Shown piece by piece: positions 50,437 to 61,960 of a stretch of DNA of 64,000 nucleotides (positions are counted from its first letter, which is position 1; each line of letters starts with the position of its first letter). The DNA lies in NCBI RefSeq assembly GCF_040938485.1, contig NW_027270940.1:992001-1056000 (forward strand), given 5' to 3'. A program made the translations under genes and the position numbers. This stretch comes from Diadema antillarum. Lineage: Eukaryota. The notes under the pieces are model-generated. The model did no database searches. It was given only the letters and a program-made list of their open reading frames with translations, and was not told the DNA's origin.

Positions 50437-52227
50437 TTAGCTCGATGTCTGGAAATTAAATGTCTTTTTGTACACCAGTACGTTCCTGCCATCACATACA
50501 ATCATCTGGCCGTGAGGCGTGAGGATCAGATTCGACTCGACCACGTGATTATATTTCTTTTCTTTGCTCAGACCTGTCGCGACTGGAAGGGTCATCACCC
50601 TGGTCACGTCACCCCAATCTTGCCCGGACAACCGGCTGATGACGAACCGGTCGCGTTCAGGTTCATGACAAGCGACGTATATGTCACGCGTGCGCGAGTC
50701 TACTGTAGCGTTAAGGATCGTCTGACTGTGTGCGATTTCTTTTGAAACTCCATCCCTGTCGATAACGAGGACGGTGTTGTCAAACGGCACACGTTGAGCG
50801 ATTATATCGCCAGAAGGTAGCAACGCTCGCATCCGGATTCTGTCTTTGCATGCGATGCTCTTAACAATCTTCCCATTGGTTGGGTTAATAGCGTGGATGT
50901 GTGATTGACTTCGCTCCACTGCGACAATTACTCCACTCCGTTGTCTTACAGCAATGTCCACGAACGTTCTCGCAGTTGTCGTCTTTGACGGCACAGCAAA
51001 TTCTCTGGTCATCTTCCACTGCTTGTCGTAGAGGGCGACACTTCCACTCAGGAGTCCGTCGCTGCCTGTGAACCTCTCGCAGCACTTGGCACAAACCACT
51101 GCAGCCTCGTTCAGTGATTTACAGGATATTATGCGTGCACTATCTTGCAGCCGAAACTCCTCCGTCTTTTTATTGTTGACACTCATTACAAAAATCACCG
51201 CATCCCTTGATCCATCTTTCAAAATTACTGAATCGTCAGCTGATGTGTAACCTATCAAACATGGATGTTTAATCTTTCCCGCTATCTCTATGGTATCAGT
51301 CTGCTTCCATTTACCCCTGGGCCATTCGATTTGACCTCTGTACTCCTCCCCCTCAGCCCCCTTCACAAACCTGACATTCTGCGAAACTCTGGAGATCTCC
51401 TCCACGAATCCCGAGTCGGTGTTGGAATTGATTGTCGCTTCTAGCGCCGTGATCAAAGCCCGCGTTTTGCTTGCGACCAGATCCTGATCGCTCATGAGGA
51501 GGATGCTATCAACGCTCTCTAACGCTTCGTCAAGAACGTCCACGACCTCACTGGTCTGTCGGCTACATTCCTGGAAGTTCTCGTTGCATCCTGACTGAAT
51601 ATTGGTGAGCGTTTTTGTAAACTCGCGGCGCGCGTTTTCGATGGGTTCTCGTCGTTTCGCCTCAGCGCTGTGACTCTCGTTTAGTCGCTTCTCTCTCTTT
51701 TCGTTGAGTCGTCGAATCTCTTCGTCAAACTCTTTATTAATCGCATCGCGCTCATTTTTGCCTCGTTCAGTGTGTTTGCTTACAGCAACGCGGATGACGC
51801 ACTGAATTTCCTTTTTGACGGTTTCAAAATGTTTCTCAGCCACGTCGTGTTGTCGAGAAATAAGATCTGCATGCCTCTTCCATTCCTGCTTCTTGTCTTT
51901 CGTCTTGGAGACAAGGTCGCCAAGGAGTCGTCTCTTCTGAGACAAGGATTCATCCAGCTCTTTTAGCGAACACGGCTTGTGGTGCACGGTGCTACATGAT
52001 TGGCAGACGGCCTCGTCGTGTACCTCGCAGAAAAATTCGACGGGTTTCTTGTGCTTGGTGCAGATCCAGCCCACCCTCTTGCTCTGGATATCCACGATTT
52101 TATGCCCTTTCATGGTGGCGCACTCGTCGCAGAGCCGCTGCTTCTCGGCTACGTAGTACGTGGCAGAAGACTTCCTGAGGCATCCAACGCCTTCGCAATG
52201 ACAGTTCTCGTGGAAGGGGGACGCCAT
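50437..52227 (-). CDS. RING-less TRIM-like protein, 596 aa: degenerate B-box, B-box2, coiled coil, probable NHL-like beta-propeller; single coding exon
   Basis: ATG in good context (gcaATGG) at 52227; CTKHKKPVEFFCEVHDEAVCQSCSTVHH fits a B-box2; long charged heptad region; beta-rich repeats (DIAV, IHAINP, VLVID) at the C-terminus; acceptor tgtccgcag at 52286 marks an upstream intron. Confidence 0.85.
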   Translation of the reverse strand: MASPFHENCHCEGVGCLRKSSATYYVAEKQRLCDECATMKGHKIVDIQSKRVGWICTKHKKPVEFFCEVHDEAVCQSCSTVHHKPCSLKELDESLSQKRRLLGDLVSKTKDKKQEWKRHADLISRQHDVAEKHFETVKKEIQCVIRVAVSKHTERGKNERDAINKEFDEEIRRLNEKREKRLNESHSAEAKRREPIENARREFTKTLTNIQSGCNENFQECSRQTSEVVDVLDEALESVDSILLMSDQDLVASKTRALITALEATINSNTDSGFVEEISRVSQNVRFVKGAEGEEYRGQIEWPRGKWKQTDTIEIAGKIKHPCLIGYTSADDSVILKDGSRDAVIFVMSVNNKKTEEFRLQDSARIISCKSLNEAAVVCAKCCERFTGSDGLLSGSVALYDKQWKMTREFAVPSKTTTARTFVDIAVRQRSGVIVAVERSQSHIHAINPTNGKIVKSIACKDRIRMRALLPSGDIIAQRVPFDNTVLVIDRDGVSKEIAHSQTILNATVDSRTRDIYVACHEPERDRFVISRLSGQDWGDVTRVMTLPVATGLSKEKKYNHVVESNLILTPHGQMIVCDGRNVLVYKKTFNFQTSS

Positions 52228-52477
52228 TGCTATGACGACGTCTGTCACGTTATGACGGCTCCACTGTCTCACAAACTGATCAGACCTGCGGACAGAAACA
52301 ACCAGACGCTAACCATTGTTCATGTGGACCTTTGGTCAGTGTGTTTTCATTACATTACATGAATTCTTTTTTTTTTGTCTCTCACAAAAGCTTCTTTTGT
52401 TCTCATTTATCAGAAACCACCATAGAATTCCTTATGGTCCAATAAAATTTGACTGTTTTCGATGGGTCCAAATGGTT

Positions 52478-52670
52478 ATTTGATTTGATTTGATTTAATT
52501 TTATCTTATTTTATTGTTCACCATCTCAAAACACAAATAACATGATACAATCGATTGAACATAAGACTGGACATAGCGTCGTAATTACAAAGCATACAAG
52601 AGAAGACAATTTTACAAACATGAAATGTGGGGACTTACTAAAAAGCAAAGCTTGTAATGTATAGGTCGCT
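52478..52670 (-). mobile_element. Short L2-type LINE 3' end
   Basis: RC TACAAGCTTTGCTTTTTAGTAAGTCCCC, then AATAAA and (AAATC)n tail. Confidence 0.65.
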
Positions 52671-52698
52671 GTATAGATGAAAATGTTGGTCTTCTTAA

Positions 52699-53730
52699 CC
52701 CTAAAAGGGCCGGGGGGGGGGGGGGCGGAATCCGCCCCCCCTCGACGTTTCGCGCTATAATTCTGTAACGCGAAAAGGCCTCGTCGCGAGGCTTCTTGAC
52801 TTTCTTCGTTCAAGTCTCACGCAACTTTTGAGACCAAACTTGCAACGTCCGCGCATACTTTGGCGAAGCCACGCCCATTTTTGTAACGGAATGTCGCCCC
52901 TAAACGGGCACAATTTTGTGATTTTGTGTACATTTCCTATGGAAAACAGTGCTCTGTCATGAAAGTCATAAAAACCTGGTTATTTTTACAATTAATCACT
53001 TTCATTGATTAATTTTGTGCAAATTATGGTAGAAAAGTGGTCAGTGACAATTTCCAATGAAAAAACAAAGAAAAAACAAAAGTTGAAAAACAGAGAAATA
53101 CATAAGAAATTCTGAAAACAATAAAATACATAGGAATTGAAATGAGTTTTGAGAGTTTTTGTGATGTACAATTGAAGAGTTTGTTTGCAAAAACCGATAA
53201 GTCCATATTTGCCAAATGGAGATATTTGCGATTAAAGGTCAAGAAAAATAAAGAGAATAATAAGAAAAGTTTTGTTTCTTTTGACCATAACTTCAAAAAT
53301 AAACCTTCATATGTAGTAAAAAATATATCATTTACAAGGTATTATTTTGTACTTTATGACAGAGATCGTACTTCAAAATCTTCAAAAATGGACTTATCGG
53401 TTTTTGCAAACAAACCCTTCAATTGTTGAATATGCTAAAACAGATTTGCAGATCAAAAATTAGACTCTCAATGCTTTTAATTAGGCTAAAATATCATCTT
53501 GAGCTTAATTTGCATAATTGATTAATCAAAATTAGAAATTGATTGTTTCAAAAAATCTTATGACACAATCTTGTAGATTATGACGTGGGTCTCACGCATG
53601 CAAAATTTCACCACGATCGCACCACCGATGGCCGAGATCTCGGGGGGCGGGAGGGGGGGGGGGGGCGGAATCCATCCCCCCCCCCCCCCCCGGGCTGAGC
53701 ATAGCCAAAAAAAGCCCGGCCCCTTTAGGG
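52699..53730. mobile_element. Non-autonomous piggyBac-like element, 1032 bp
   Basis: TTAA TSD; 16-bp TIR CCCTAAA(A/G)GGGCCGGG; subterminal G/C homopolymers. Confidence 0.85.
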
Positions 53731-53914
53731 TTAAACAACGTAGCAACGAAAACTGAGACCCCTTTTACAGTCCGAGGCTCGGCCGCGGCCGAGCCCTCCT
53801 TCATTTCAGTGTAAACGCACAAAAGGCCAAATGCGCGAGGGATTTTTTTAGTTTACGTTTAAAACAATTCAGTGACAACGATTCAGTGGTGACAGAGTCA
53901 AGGCTATTCCAGAA

Positions 53915-54345
53915 TTAGACCATCAGAAATCACCAGAGACTTGCTAATGGTCCAGTGTAGAATTTGAGTGTTTTGAGGGTGTAATGTTAGTATCCAGTAT
54001 TGGTACAGATTATATAATTTGAGTGTTTTTCATGGATCTAGTGGTATCTAATGGGGAAGGTTAGCTCATTAGAAACCATCGGAGAATAATGATGGCCCAT
54101 TATAGAATTTGAGTGCTTTGTGGGTCTAATGGTATCTATAGATGTGGTTAAGACTATTTTGGCCTAATTTCACTGCTTTCCACTGGTCTAATGGTATCTA
54201 AAATGGTGAAGATTATTATTACTAGAAACCATCAGAGAATATCCGATGGTCCAGTATAGAAACTGAGTGTTTTATGGGTCTACCGGGCAGATATAGTGAT
54301 ATGTAATTGTGTTTTAGACTATAATGGGATAATTGTCAATGGGCC
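53915..54345. repeat. Degenerate tandem units (GAAACCATC...ATGG(T/C)CCA..TAGAATTTGAG) of an old repeat, with fragments near 44100-45050, 54715, 55270 and 58500
   Basis: Recurrent motifs visible; boundaries approximate. Confidence 0.5.
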
Positions 54346-55077
54346 TAAAGGTCCTGTTTACCTTTGGGAGCAAAGATTTATGTTCAAGATACCACATTTG
54401 ACATCACATATGCATAATGTGTAGGTCTGTTGTACCACAAAGCATCCTACCATATAAACGTTTCGCAATAAACCCTAAAATATAAGGAGATATAGGTACT
54501 TTTCTCAATAAACCATAACTGTAAACGGTTTAGTCTGAAAACATTGTTATTGTAGCTATTGTTCACATTTTGTGTATTCAACAACACTTGACAGTGATTA
54601 AACAGAATCAATATTTTTACACTGGTTGTTTCTTTCCCTAACTCACATTTAAAACTATTTCAAAGCACTAATGCTGGGTTTTTGTTTCATGTGAAAAAAA
54701 GTTACGCTTTTAATGGAAACCATCAGACAATTTCCGACGGCCCATCATTATAGAATTTGAGTTTTTGCTTTGTTTTGTTTTGGTTTATTTTTTGGTCAAG
54801 TGATATCTAAAAGTGGAACAGACTACTATGTTAAATGGGTTAGTCAAATACCGTTTAGTGATTGCCTAAACACAGTCACGTGATGGAGGTACATTCGTTA
54901 TGTTCGCCCATGGGCGAACATTCTTTGTAATGTTCTCCCATGGGAAAACATTTTCAGGTAACAAACAGAAGGCCTAGGACCGCGCGCACAGTGAATTTGG
55001 CTCTGCGCGAGCGAGCGATCGAGTGTGTCGTGCTAGTAGTTGACGTTGACGTATTTGACTAACCCATATAACATAAC

Positions 55078-55260
55078 AGATGATGACTTTTGTTTTCGGG
55101 AACATGTACCAAACGTTCCACCCTCAGGGTTTAAAATGCTATTTCGGGAGGCTATAAGTCCCTCGACTTCGTCTCTGGACTTATAACCTCCCTCAATAGC
55201 ATTTCAAACCCTTCGGGTGGAACATTCGGTATGTTCCCTCCCCCGCCAGTCATCATCTAT
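55078..55260. mobile_element. Foldback element with central GAC-GAA-GTC hairpin (minus strand)
   Basis: Arms AGATGATGACT / AGTCATCATCT, GGGAACAT..TTCCACCC / GGGTGGAA..ATGTTCCC, TATAAGTCC / GGACTTATA; centre CTCGACTTCGTCTC. Confidence 0.7.
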
Positions 55261-55323
55261 ATGATACCATTAGAAACCACCGAAGAACCTCTAATGGTTC
55301 AGTGGGATAAACCTTGAGGTCAA

Positions 55324-56369
55324 CTCTCTAAAAAAAATTTTTCGAGTGATCCCTGACGTCACTCCAAAATGAGTGAAAATGATCATTTTCACTCAAAATT
55401 CACTCCAATTTCACTCGAAAGTCACTCTTTTTTGTATTCACTCTTTTTAGAGTGAAAATTTTCACTCGATTTTTATACCCCCGGCAAACGAAGTTTGAAG
55501 GGGGTATATAGGAATCAGCGGACGGTCGGTCGGGCGGTCGGTCGGGCGGTCGGGCGGTCGGGCGGTCGGGCGGGCGGTCGGTCCGTTGCAAATCTTGCGT
55601 CGCGAACTACTTCCTCAGTTTTCAACCGATTCCCATAAAACTTGGCACAGATGTGTGCCTTGGGTTGTAGATGTGCAAGACGTATTTTTTGACAGTACCC
55701 AAAAGTACGTTGCCATGGTAACGGCATATTATGGGCAAAAATGGGTACAAATCTTGCGTCGCGAACTCCTCCCACAGTTTTTGATCAATTTTTATGAAAT
55801 TAGGTACAGATGTTCATCTGAATATGTTAATGTGCAAGACACATATTTCCGCAGTGGCAAAAGGTGCGTTGCCATGGTAACGGCATATTATTGGTAAAAT
55901 ATAGAGCAAAATGCTTCATGGCAAAACTGCTTCATCAGTGTTCTTCCAATTCTCATGGAATTCATATTGAATGTTTGTCTTAGGATATAGGTCAGCATGA
56001 CACATTTCTTGACAGTGACAAAAAGTATGTTGCCATGGTAACAGCTCACATATTATGAGCCAAAATGATGGAAAATTTTGTGTTGCAAACTAATTCCTCA
56101 GTTTTTGCCCAATTTCCATGAAACTTGGTACAGATGTGTGCCTTTGGTTGTAGATGTGCAAGACGCATTTTTCGACAGTACCCGAAAGTACGTTGCCATG
56201 GTAACGGCATATTAATGGCAGAAGATCAAGCAAAGATCTTGCGGATTTAACTACTTCCTCAGTTTTTTGACCAAAGCTTATGAAATGTTGTTTTGACCAA
56301 AGCTTATGAAATGTTGGTTGGCGGGGGTATAACCAATCGCTGTAGCGACATTTCTAGTTTTTTAGAGAG
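55324..56369. mobile_element. Small MITE (CTCTCTAAAAAA / TTTTTAGAGAG) interrupted by a HINE
   Basis: Inverted ends at 55324 and 56369 bracket the HINE; TTCACTC-rich body at 55340-55469. Confidence 0.55.
55470..56360 (+). mobile_element. DINE-1-like Helentron-derived element (HINE), well preserved
   Basis: 5' TTTTTATACCCCC with nearby inverted GGGGGTATA, (GGTC/GGGC)n microsatellite, internal units of about 140-170 bp, 3' GCGGGGGTATA plus hairpin TCGCTGTAGCGA and CTAGTTTT; T-rich site, no TSD. Confidence 0.8.
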
Positions 56370-56654
56370 AACATTTCAGTATAGATTTCATTAGAAGATA
56401 CCATTAAAAACATGCTGCCGGCTTCTCCAATACTTTCCATTGAACATTAACAAATATTTTCACCCAAATTTCACTTCAATTTTACTCGTAACTCACTTTT
56501 TTTTCTGTTAGTCTCTCCTCCAAGAGCGAAGATTTTCACCCTCTTTTTTCAGAGAGTAATCTACAAAAATACGATTTTAGATGTTCATTATGTCCGAATG
56601 ATGTATTTATATATATTCAAACATTCAAACATTTAAGTAGCTATCACACTTTTA

Positions 56655-57957
56655 AGTAGTTATCTTAAAGATCGTCAACAGAAATTGCAGTTAATGAAAT
56701 TGAATCTGATATCAGAACAATTAATTGTGGTGTTCCACAAGGATCGATTTTAGGCCCTCTTTTTTTTCTTATATATATATATATATATATGATTTCCCTT
56801 TATCAACTCAACATTTAAGTTATGTTTTATTTGCTGATGATACCATTGTATTTTGTAAAGGCTCAGATCCATGTAAACTGTTTGGCATTGTTAATAGACA
56901 ATTGCGTAATATTAGTGATTGGATGGAAGCCAATAAGTTGATTTTGAATATAGATAAAACTCATTATATTTCATTTGGTATGCGAATTATAACAGACCAC
57001 AATTTGCAATTGTATTTTAAGAATATGAAAATAGATAGAGTTGTAAGCACAAAATTCTTAGGAGTAATTATAGATGAAAGATTATCATGGAATTATCATA
57101 TTGATTACATAGCCAGTATTATATCAAGAAACATAGGGGTTTTGCATAGATTACAGTATCTTCCTAGAAATGTCCTTAAAATGTTATACCATGCTTTGAT
57201 TTCACCACATATTAATTACTGCAATATTGTATGGGGATTCACTTTTAATAAGAATATTGATCGAATATATAAATTACAAACAAGGGGAGTGCGTTTAATA
57301 ACCAATTCAAGATATGCTTCCCCCAGTTTACCTCTGTTTTTAGAAACTCAACTATTATCCATTCAAGATTTAATTTCATTAGAGTCTGCAATATTCATGT
57401 TTAGACTTAATAATAGTTTTCTCCTAATGTATTCTCTGATTATTTTACCAGCAATAGTTCAATACCAGAACTGCTCAGAGTATTCATCCCCAATTAAATC
57501 GCACATCTTGTACGCAGTCATCAATATTTTATAAAGGTACTATTTTATGGAATAATTTTAATTTAGTTTTCAGGATCAGTAAGACCGTATGACAATTTAA
57601 AAGATTATATAAACAACATCTTTGTGATGCAATTAAGTCACAAGTTGACGAATAGTTAAATATGGAGTTTCTTCTTTTCTTCTCTACTTTCATATCTACA
57701 CATATCCAGTTTTTTTATTGATTCAAGTTGTAAATCTTATCGTATTTTGCATTCATATTCGTTTCAATTCAGTTACAAACCAGCGATTATAAATGATTAC
57801 ATATATCTACATCACAATATTTCTTAAGGGATCATTTTCAATAAGCCTACTTTGTGCTTCTCATGATTCCGCCACTATCATATTTGACACCATGTATTTT
57901 TGTTTTTAATGCAAAGTTTGTAAACCTGAAAGTGGAAATAAATGAAATGAAATGAAA
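56655..57957 (+). mobile_element. 5'-truncated L2-clade LINE (RT C-terminal half) with (AAATG)n tail
   Basis: [13 protein letters not shown] (frameshifted), LFADDT, KFLGVIIDERLSW, LYHALISPHINYCNIVWG; AAATGAAATGAAATG at about 57940-57957. Confidence 0.88.
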
Positions 57958-60215
57958 TATATATGTATATATATATATATATATATACAAACACGTTTAA
58001 TATATGTACATGTTTATGTATAAAATGTCAGTTGAGAATTAGAAGGGCGTTAAGTTATCTCGAATACAGTTGTTTTAGTGCCAACTTAACACCCTTCACT
58101 TTCTCACCCGACGATGAACATTATTATGAACATTTTATACATTTGTACATCTACTTACTATTATAATCATAACAAGATTATACATATTGATTTTTTGGGG
58201 ACATATTAAATGAACATACGAAATCGTATTTTCTCAGAAAAAGGATATCAAACAAGATTTTGATTTTTATTCTTTCTATCACAAGGCACTAAGCGACATT
58301 ATGTCAGATTTGTTGTTACGGGCTTCATAAGTCTTTCAGTTTGTCGAATGCATGTTAATTGTGTTCCATATTAATGTCGCAATTACTGTAATAATAAATT
58401 GTCATGCAAAGTAGATTTGATTATATTCATTACTATAATATTGTGCATCGCTTCCGTACTCTGAATTCCTATAGATTTCTTATGGATCAATTCAAATTTC
58501 TAATGGTCCATTTTCGTAATGGTTTTCTAATGGTCCAAGGGGCTGTATCTCTAGTGCTTTTTCATAATGGTCCCGTGTGTCACTTTCCATGTTGAAACCA
58601 TTCATTAGCTTAATGATTTTCTAATAGCCCAGTAGAAGTAATGGTCAAAACACTCATGGAATTTCGACCTGGGTATAGGCACTATTTATGAGCGCCACAG
58701 AAAAGCGCCCATGTAAATACGTTGTAGTTGTATTCCAATGTACTCGACTATTATTTACGTTGTGTACTTGAGTATCGTAGTTCAATGCTCTGACTTTGCT
58801 TTGGGAAATGCTAACTCACCCTGAAGGTCTTTTTAGATTCCAACGCAATATAATTTTCCTGTGAGTATAAATAACATGCACTTTGATCTCACATTCCATA
58901 ATGGAATTCACTTATGTAGTTTAAATGTGATTTGATACAATGTTAGTATGATAGGGTCTGTACTAAAAGACATGTAGTATTTAAGAATCATTCGCACCAT
59001 AGTGAAGAATACACTAGTCACTAAAGTTTCGAAATCACTTTGTGAACTTACCCGTCAATAAACACCGTGCAGGATCGAGTCTTCACCGAAAACTCAGCAT
59101 ACGAATTATTATCACAAGTAACGTTTGATCGTTCATATAAGTCAAAGCTCCAACAAGCCAAAGACCACTCCTATGTTCTCTTCATGCCGAAGAGAAACTA
59201 ACCTCCCAGAGCCAGGTAACCTAGTTCGCAGACTACAGTATGTCTTTCAGACATGTCAGAGTTACCTGTACGTGTACTGGCTTTTATGTGTTTTTGCTTA
59301 TTACCCACCGCAACTCGTATGCTTCAATAAAGAACAAACACAAGTACAATAGTGATCCGCTTTTTCCCCTATCTCTCTCTCTCTCTCTCTCTCTCTGCGC
59401 TGGTGTTTGTTCTTTTCGTCAACAACAATAGTTTTTGCGTTGGGGGCGATCACACCAGCGCTTCTCGATTCTTTATACCGTTCAAACATGCTTATTAATG
59501 AAAGAGACTAACTCTGATTTTTTATTTTCCCATTCGTGGGTTGTACGTGTCTACTTTGTGCCACTTTGTTGCAATAATGCAGCAAAGCTGAACACCCAAC
59601 AGTAACTATGTATGTTGGATGTTCTACATAGACAGATAAACCTGTGTGTATGTGTGCGTGTGTGTGTGTGCGTTTGTGAGTGGGTGGTGTGTTTCTTTTC
59701 GCAACATGAGGTGAGGGTATTAAGAGATGGTTAACATAGCTTAGAGGGTAAAAATCCTTATACTCTCCTACATTCTTCCTATCCCCCTTTTGCTTGATAG
59801 GGGAAAACCCCTAACCGATACACATAAAAGACTCGTAGAATGTCCAGCATATTCGGTATATACGGAGAGGAGGTAGAGTGGGTGTAAACTCTATTGATAA
59901 TCATTGCCGTCTGGTAATGCCAGTGAACCATGATCCTTATTGCTTGTGTATTTCGTAGAATTCAAGGTTGTGTGCGGGAGTGTCCTCTTTATTCTTCTTT
60001 TTGCGTTTTTTTAAAATATATTTCGTTTTTTTCCTGCAGACTGCTACCGTGTTTTTTCCCCAACTTTGTGGTATCATCTTGGAGTACAATTTATGTGTAA
60101 CCACATATTTGTTTGCCATATTTAGAAGGCACTGAGGCACATGTTAGTTGCTTGAATGTACATTGAAGAGTTTGACTGGAATGCATTTGTATCAAATTGA
60201 GAAATTATAGATTAA

Positions 60216-60609
60216 AGGGATCGAACTGTTTTTGGTTGAGACCTACCTTTTTTATTTTTTTTGTATGTATGTGTGAGATAATAAAAAACTTCTTATGAAA
60301 TATAAAAGAGCATGCAATTCCAAAATGAATTCAACGTTTATTTGATGAAAATGATTTTGAAATGGCTGAAATATCCAAATCATAGCAATCGTACATGATA
60401 AAAGGTGGCAGCCAGCTTTTATTACGATCGCTTTGTTTTACTTGGTTTTTGGATGTCTCATCAGGCATTCCAAACCCCATTTTCATCAAGTAAGCTTTGA
60501 ATTCCTCTTAGAATGATATCCTCTGTACTATTTCATAAGTGGTTTCTTGATATCTCGCAAAAAGTTCTATGAGCCCAATCCTCATCTCCACCACTAATGT
60601 ATCATCCCT
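60216..60609. mobile_element. Kolobok-like MITE, 394 bp
   Basis: ttaa AGGGATCG ... CATCCCT ttaa; inverted relative of 61239-61620. Confidence 0.72.
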
Positions 60610-61150
60610 TTAAGGCTGCTATAGAAACGATTGAAAATGACCGTAAGATGGATAAGTGCGTGATCTTTAAGATTTGACCAACAAAATTCATGTAAAGTAA
60701 GGAATATACCTAAAAACAACGGCGAAAAGAATTGCTTTTTCCTATTTGATGATGATGACCTCACATTTAAAAGAATAAAAAGAAAATGACGTGTTTTTGT
60801 TTTTGTTTGTTTGGTTGCATGCCAACTCCTTAAGTGATGCGAGTCTTCGTGGGAGTATGTTCTGTCACGGTATACTTGTGGTCTACTTCGGCAACAGCCT
60901 CAGCAGTTGACGCGACGCATATGTTCAGGAATTATACCTGGAAAGGCCAGTGATTTCACCTGGTTTGTTTGTGCAGCGGGGGATGTGCACGATAGTGGAA
61001 AACATATTTGACTTTCAAAATGGAGGTCCGGAAGTCGAATCCTCCAAGAGTCGGAATTATGTCTATGGACGAAATGCGCTTGCCGAGATCAGGGAGGCGT
61101 CACCTCCCTGGCGAGATGATGATCCCGACGGTGTAGTGCAAACCCAACTA

Positions 61151-61960
61151 CAGCTCGACCTCGATTATCCGACCAGATGTCGGGACCGGCGCTCATCCGG
61201 ATAAGCGAATTGACCATTTATGGGAGACACGATGTTAAAGGGATAGTACAGTATTGGTGGAGATGAAAATTGGGCTTATAACTTTTTGTGAGATACCAAG
61301 AAAACCTTTATGAAATAGTACAGAGCATACCATGTTAAGAGGAATTCAAAGTTTATTTGAAGAAAATCGGGTTTGGAATGACCGAAACATCTAAAAACAA
61401 AGTAAAACAAAGCAACCGTAATAAAATGTGGGTCCCACACTTTATTAGAATCGCTCTGTTTTGGATATCTCAGCCATTTCAAAACCAATTTTCATCAAAT
61501 AAAAGTTGAATTCTTCATGGAACGACATGCTCTTTCATATTTCATAGGAGGTTTCTCATTATCTCACCAAAAAATGTTAGAAAACTGAAATTAGGCCTCA
61601 ACCAGAACTATACGATCCCTTTAATGTACAAAACTGCCGTCCAAGCTGTCGTCCCAGTGTACTGGCAACTAAGCTGGTAGCGTACCCCGCAGCGGTGGTG
61701 TAATCTATGCTATATAGCCTGCGCAAAATTGTAGTCCCTTCTTCACAAAAATAGAATTATGTGAAAATCATACATGTTTTACCTCATTAGAAACCTATCA
61801 TGCACATCTTATGAAACTAGTGAAATAGTTCCAAGAAAAGATGTTAAAGTCACTGTTTTTTCTCAAATTTTGGATGAAAAAAAAGTACTTCGCTGCGTGA
61901 ACGCGTCCGGATGACAGAGATTTCCGAATAAAAGGAGGTCGGATAATCGAGGTCGAACCG
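61151..61960. mobile_element. Tc1/pogo-type MITE with TA TSD, interrupted by a Kolobok-like MITE
   Basis: 24-bp TIR C(A/G)G(C/T)TCGACCTCGATTATCCGACC; TA at 61149-61150 and 61961-61962. Confidence 0.78.
61239..61620. mobile_element. Kolobok-like MITE, 382 bp
   Basis: ttaa AGGGATAGTACAG ... CTATACGATCCCT ttaa. Confidence 0.78.

Noticed and set aside
50512-52362. Several short overlapping ORFs around the TRIM-like gene, and the GTG start at 52272
   Set aside because: Shadow ORFs of a GC-rich CDS; the ATG at 52227 has a good Kozak context and non-ATG starts are unlikely in this eukaryotic context.
55400-55897. Pro/Arg-rich and repeated ORFs
   Set aside because: Translations of the HINE microsatellite and its internal tandem units.
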